DNA of 64,000 nucleotides, from IMG/VR virus record IMGVR_UViG_3300042868_005134, positions 248,001 through 312,000 of that record, one strand, 5' to 3'. Below are positions 61,155 through 64,000 of this stretch, piece after piece (the first letter of the stretch is position 1; every line of letters begins with the position of its first letter). The notes beneath the pieces are model-generated. The model saw nothing but the letters and a program-made list of their open reading frames with translations, had not been told where the DNA came from and searched no databases. The position numbers and the translations under genes are program-made.

Positions 61155-64000
61155 TTAATCGTAATATTCTGAACCGTAGAACACTGTAGCGGTCCACTGT
61201 ATTTTTAATGTATGATTGTCACCATCTAATCGACGATACTGAATTTCGCCTTCGTTGGGCACAAACCACAGGTCATCATTTTCACCATCCTCGCCGCCAC
61301 TTTGTACTTCGGTGTGAGTAATATGTTCTTCACCATCGTCATCTACTATGTGTATGGTTCCTATCCAAGTAGCATCACCGGTGTAAGCGTGATATTTGAT
61401 AACGGCACCTCGGAAGTTGCTACCGCCACTAGGTAAGTCGTCTTTATCCCACCAAGTCACCGGAGCACCGCCTGTAAGTATTCTATAGTAAACTGTGTCA
61501 CCTTGGGCAACTGGTAATCTAACGCCGTTGTCAAAGTAAATGGTTACATTATCGTTGTCCCAGCTGGTGGCTGTTCCAGTAGCCCAATCGTCTTCGTTTA
61601 ACGAAACTTGTACACGATAATAAACATTGCCGTTCGCCAATGCTATAAGAGCATCACGTGCTGCACCTACAGCACTGAGACCAACATAACCAGTATTATT
61701 TGAATTATTACTGAATACTGTAGTTGTAACTGTGTCGTCTGTTGTTCTCGAAGTCACACTAACTTGCTTGTAGCCATATACTTCTTCAATTCTGCGTTCG
61801 CCTGGCGAACGAAGTTTAACACGGCCTATACCTTCTGCAGAAGTTAGTCGTGTACCGTCTCGGAATCTAATACCTGTCTCTAAGCTATCTAAGTCCAACT
61901 CTTGACGAGTATAACTGGCGCCGCCACCTTGATTGTTATTAGTCCAACTTAAAAACTCTATGGCCCAATATTTGTCAGTGGTGGTATCAAGCATAATCAT
62001 CTTGGCGCCTGGTATGTTGGCAAAGTTTCCGCCCCAGATGCTTTCTAATGGTCTGTATGTTCTTGACTCAACATTGCTGAAATCATCCCAGCCGTCGTTG
62101 TTCCATAAACTGCCTGTGGGAGTATTAGTACCGTGCTCTTCATCTTCTAATGCGTTATACAGCCAACCTTGATCGTCTTTAGTGATGTGTAGTCCTTCAC
62201 TGATCTCGTCAATTTCGTCACCGTAGTCGGTTCTAGTAAATGTTATCAACGGACCTGCGTATGGATCACCTATGATGTTGATATGTGACACCGCATTGTC
62301 AAAAGTCTGAGCGGCTATGTTTGGTCCATAGATATTACCGCTGATTATTGCGCTGCCAGAGTCTGGACCGCTACCACTAGTACCAATAGTAGTACTTGAG
62401 TTGCCGGTAACAAACAATCCAAATATACTGTCTCGGTAAACAAAACTATATGATGATCCTGTGCCAAATGCTGCTGCACCGTCGACTACAGTATTTCCAC
62501 CGTTATAGGCAATCTCATTTAGGTATGAACTGTTAATATAGTTGCCGCTGTCGTACTCATCTTCGCCACCATCACTGATATTGTTGTTTCTCCATACTAC
62601 TGGAGCAGTTCCTGAACTGGTACTGCCATATGCTTCGCCGAGGCCGCTAATGCTGTTAACTGTTATAGTAATGTTGTTGGCAGGTGTTGTACCACCAGTA
62701 ATGTTGGCTCCCAGCAAGGTTATCACATCACCTACTACATAGTTAGTTCCGTAACTGCTTATGCCGACATAAGTTTCATATTTGTACACAACGGCCACGC
62801 TAAATCCGCTACCTACATTATAGTTGGTGCCTGTGACTGGTCCGTAAGTAAAAAATTCAGTACCTGCGGCTACGCCTTCCACACTCCAGTTCAATATCCC
62901 TTCTGAATCAACGCTGTTTACAGTTATGATACAGTCGTTAACACCGTCAACGCCACCTAATGCACTACCTAAAATCTTGATCTTGTGTCCTGGTAGATAG
63001 TTAATGCCACCACTTATCACACCAGAACCGTTGTAAGTGCCATCGCCTAAGTCTTGAATCTCAAATATCGCACCACTACCTTCTCTAACTGTAGTTGGGC
63101 CGCCATCGATTACGTTTATATTATTTTCAAAGAATTCAAAGTTAGTGGCTACGCCGCCCACTGCTGTGACTAGGTCTGCGTAGGCAGCGTCAAATGCTGC
63201 CTTCATTTGATCCACTGTGCGGAATTCGCCTTCTGTCCCTTCAAACAAGATCACAGTATCTATAACTTCTTCGGCAAATGCTGTAATGTCGCTAAGTGGT
63301 TTAGCCCCGTTGACATCGCCTATGATGACAAACATTGCCAGTATATCACTAGAGCCTACACCTGACACTTGGAAGAAATCATCGTTGCTGTCATCTGTGA
63401 TAGTGGTAGTTGTGGCCGCTGGTTTGTGTATGACTACTTTGGTAACATTTCGTGTGCTACTTTGACCGGTGTTAGTATGGAAACCACCGTAGGAAACTTG
63501 TAGTCCCTTGTAATCTGTGCCAGTCTCTGCTGGTACTGTGACTGTGGGCAATCCTTCGCCGCCACCCAATACCGAGTTACCTGCGCTGTCTTTAATATCG
63601 CCGCCTACCGGTAATGTTAAATCACCATCTGCGCCAAACGTCCAACCGTGAGCAGTAGGAGTAGGACCACTGTAGGTATATATTTGAATATCTTTGTCAA
63701 CAGCACCGTCTATGATAAATGCATCTGTTCCGTCAGCGGTGGCAATTGTGGTGCCTTGTGGGAATGTTAATGCACCACTGTTGTTAAATGTCCAAGTATG
63801 AGCATCTGTACTGTAGTTTGTGGCAATAGTAGCGCCATTGTTGTCAACCCACACCCACGAATCTTCATCCTTGCCTGCTGGGCTTGCTGGGCCTGCTGTG
63901 ATACCAGCATAGTTGCCTGCTATGGTTTTTAGTGTAGCACCGTTGATGATACTCTGATCTGGCAATACAACAACACCTGTGGTAGTTAGTTCTAGTCTAT
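61155..64000 (-). CDS. tail fibre/adhesin-like protein, 5'-truncated by window edge
   Basis: frame stays open beyond 63965 to the edge (RLELTTTGVVVLP...); G/T/N-rich, WTFxxxGxLTFP motifs. Confidence 0.7.
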   Translation of the reverse strand, partial: RLELTTTGVVVLPDQSIINGATLKTIAGNYAGITAGPASPAGKDEDSWVWVDNNGATIATNYSTDAHTWTFNNSGALTFPQGTTIATADGTDAFIIDGAVDKDIQIYTYSGPTPTAHGWTFGADGDLTLPVGGDIKDSAGNSVLGGGEGLPTVTVPAETGTDYKGLQVSYGGFHTNTGQSSTRNVTKVVIHKPAATTTTITDDSNDDFFQVSGVGSSDILAMFVIIGDVNGAKPLSDITAFAEEVIDTVILFEGTEGEFRTVDQMKAAFDAAYADLVTAVGGVATNFEFFENNINVIDGGPTTVREGSGAIFEIQDLGDGTYNGSGVISGGINYLPGHKIKILGSALGGVDGVNDCIITVNSVDSEGILNWSVEGVAAGTEFFTYGPVTGTNYNVGSGFSVAVVYKYETYVGISSYGTNYVVGDVITLLGANITGGTTPANNITITVNSISGLGEAYGSTSSGTAPVVWRNNNISDGGEDEYDSGNYINSSYLNEIAYNGGNTVVDGAAAFGTGSSYSFVYRDSIFGLFVTGNSSTTIGTSGSGPDSGSAIISGNIYGPNIAAQTFDNAVSHINIIGDPYAGPLITFTRTDYGDEIDEISEGLHITKDDQGWLYNALEDEEHGTNTPTGSLWNNDGWDDFSNVESRTYRPLESIWGGNFANIPGAKMIMLDTTTDKYWAIEFLSWTNNNQGGGASYTRQELDLDSLETGIRFRDGTRLTSAEGIGRVKLRSPGERRIEEVYGYKQVSVTSRTTDDTVTTTVFSNNSNNTGYVGLSAVGAARDALIALANGNVYYRVQVSLNEDDWATGTATSWDNDNVTIYFDNGVRLPVAQGDTVYYRILTGGAPVTWWDKDDLPSGGSNFRGAVIKYHAYTGDATWIGTIHIVDDDGEEHITHTEVQSGGEDGENDDLWFVPNEGEIQYRRLDGDNHTLKIQWTATVFYGSEYYD

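Noticed and set aside
2499-63465. Numerous plus-strand ORFs in the track (e.g. 2741..3247, 21020..21538, 53511..54164)
   Set aside because: Antisense shadows of well-supported minus-strand genes, with no SD or motifs; only 20139..20465 and phoH are accepted on plus.
1-64000. Alternative genetic code (stop recoding)
   Set aside because: Long genes are intact in code 11, and TAA/TGA stops coincide with coupled starts throughout.

Overview
A 64 kb piece of a large, lytic, T4-like (probably jumbo) myovirus with a Gram-negative host. The host inference rests on a two-component spanin pair and proteobacterial-type FdxA, ClpA and desaturase genes. Almost all genes are on the minus strand and tightly coupled; both ends cut through genes. 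(1) 1-20 kb: replication and DNA modification. This includes RNase H, sliding clamp, family B DNA polymerase and a 7-deazaguanine pathway (FolE, QueE, a QueD-like protein with LxxxHRHxF, and a DpdA/TGT-like transglycosylase). These are interleaved with a GT-B glycosyltransferase, a UDP-sugar dehydrogenase, an MDR dehydrogenase and a Gfo/Idh/MocA oxidoreductase. (2) 20-28 kb: probable head-internal or cargo proteins rich in hydrophobic-x-Glu sites, a GH19 endolysin, Dps, an HExxH peptidase and a HIGH nucleotidyltransferase, plus a GC-rich structured intergenic element. (3) 28-41 kb: ClpA, peptide deformylase, DnaJ, holin/spanins, PhoH, dCMP deaminase, ferredoxin, clamp loader, NTP pyrophosphatase, GroES and a mini-DnaE fragment. 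(4) 41-64 kb: baseplate and tail-fibre genes with two tandem subtilases and a fatty-acid desaturase. Regulatory signals read directly from the sequence are near-consensus sigma70 promoters (four apparently leaderless), a TAAATA late-promoter motif, several terminators and two RBS-proximal hairpins. The best candidate for a new system is a sugar/redox-elaborated 7-deazaguanine DNA modification. All product calls come from motif recognition by eye; no searches were run. No tRNA, CRISPR array, integrase or reverse transcriptase was seen.
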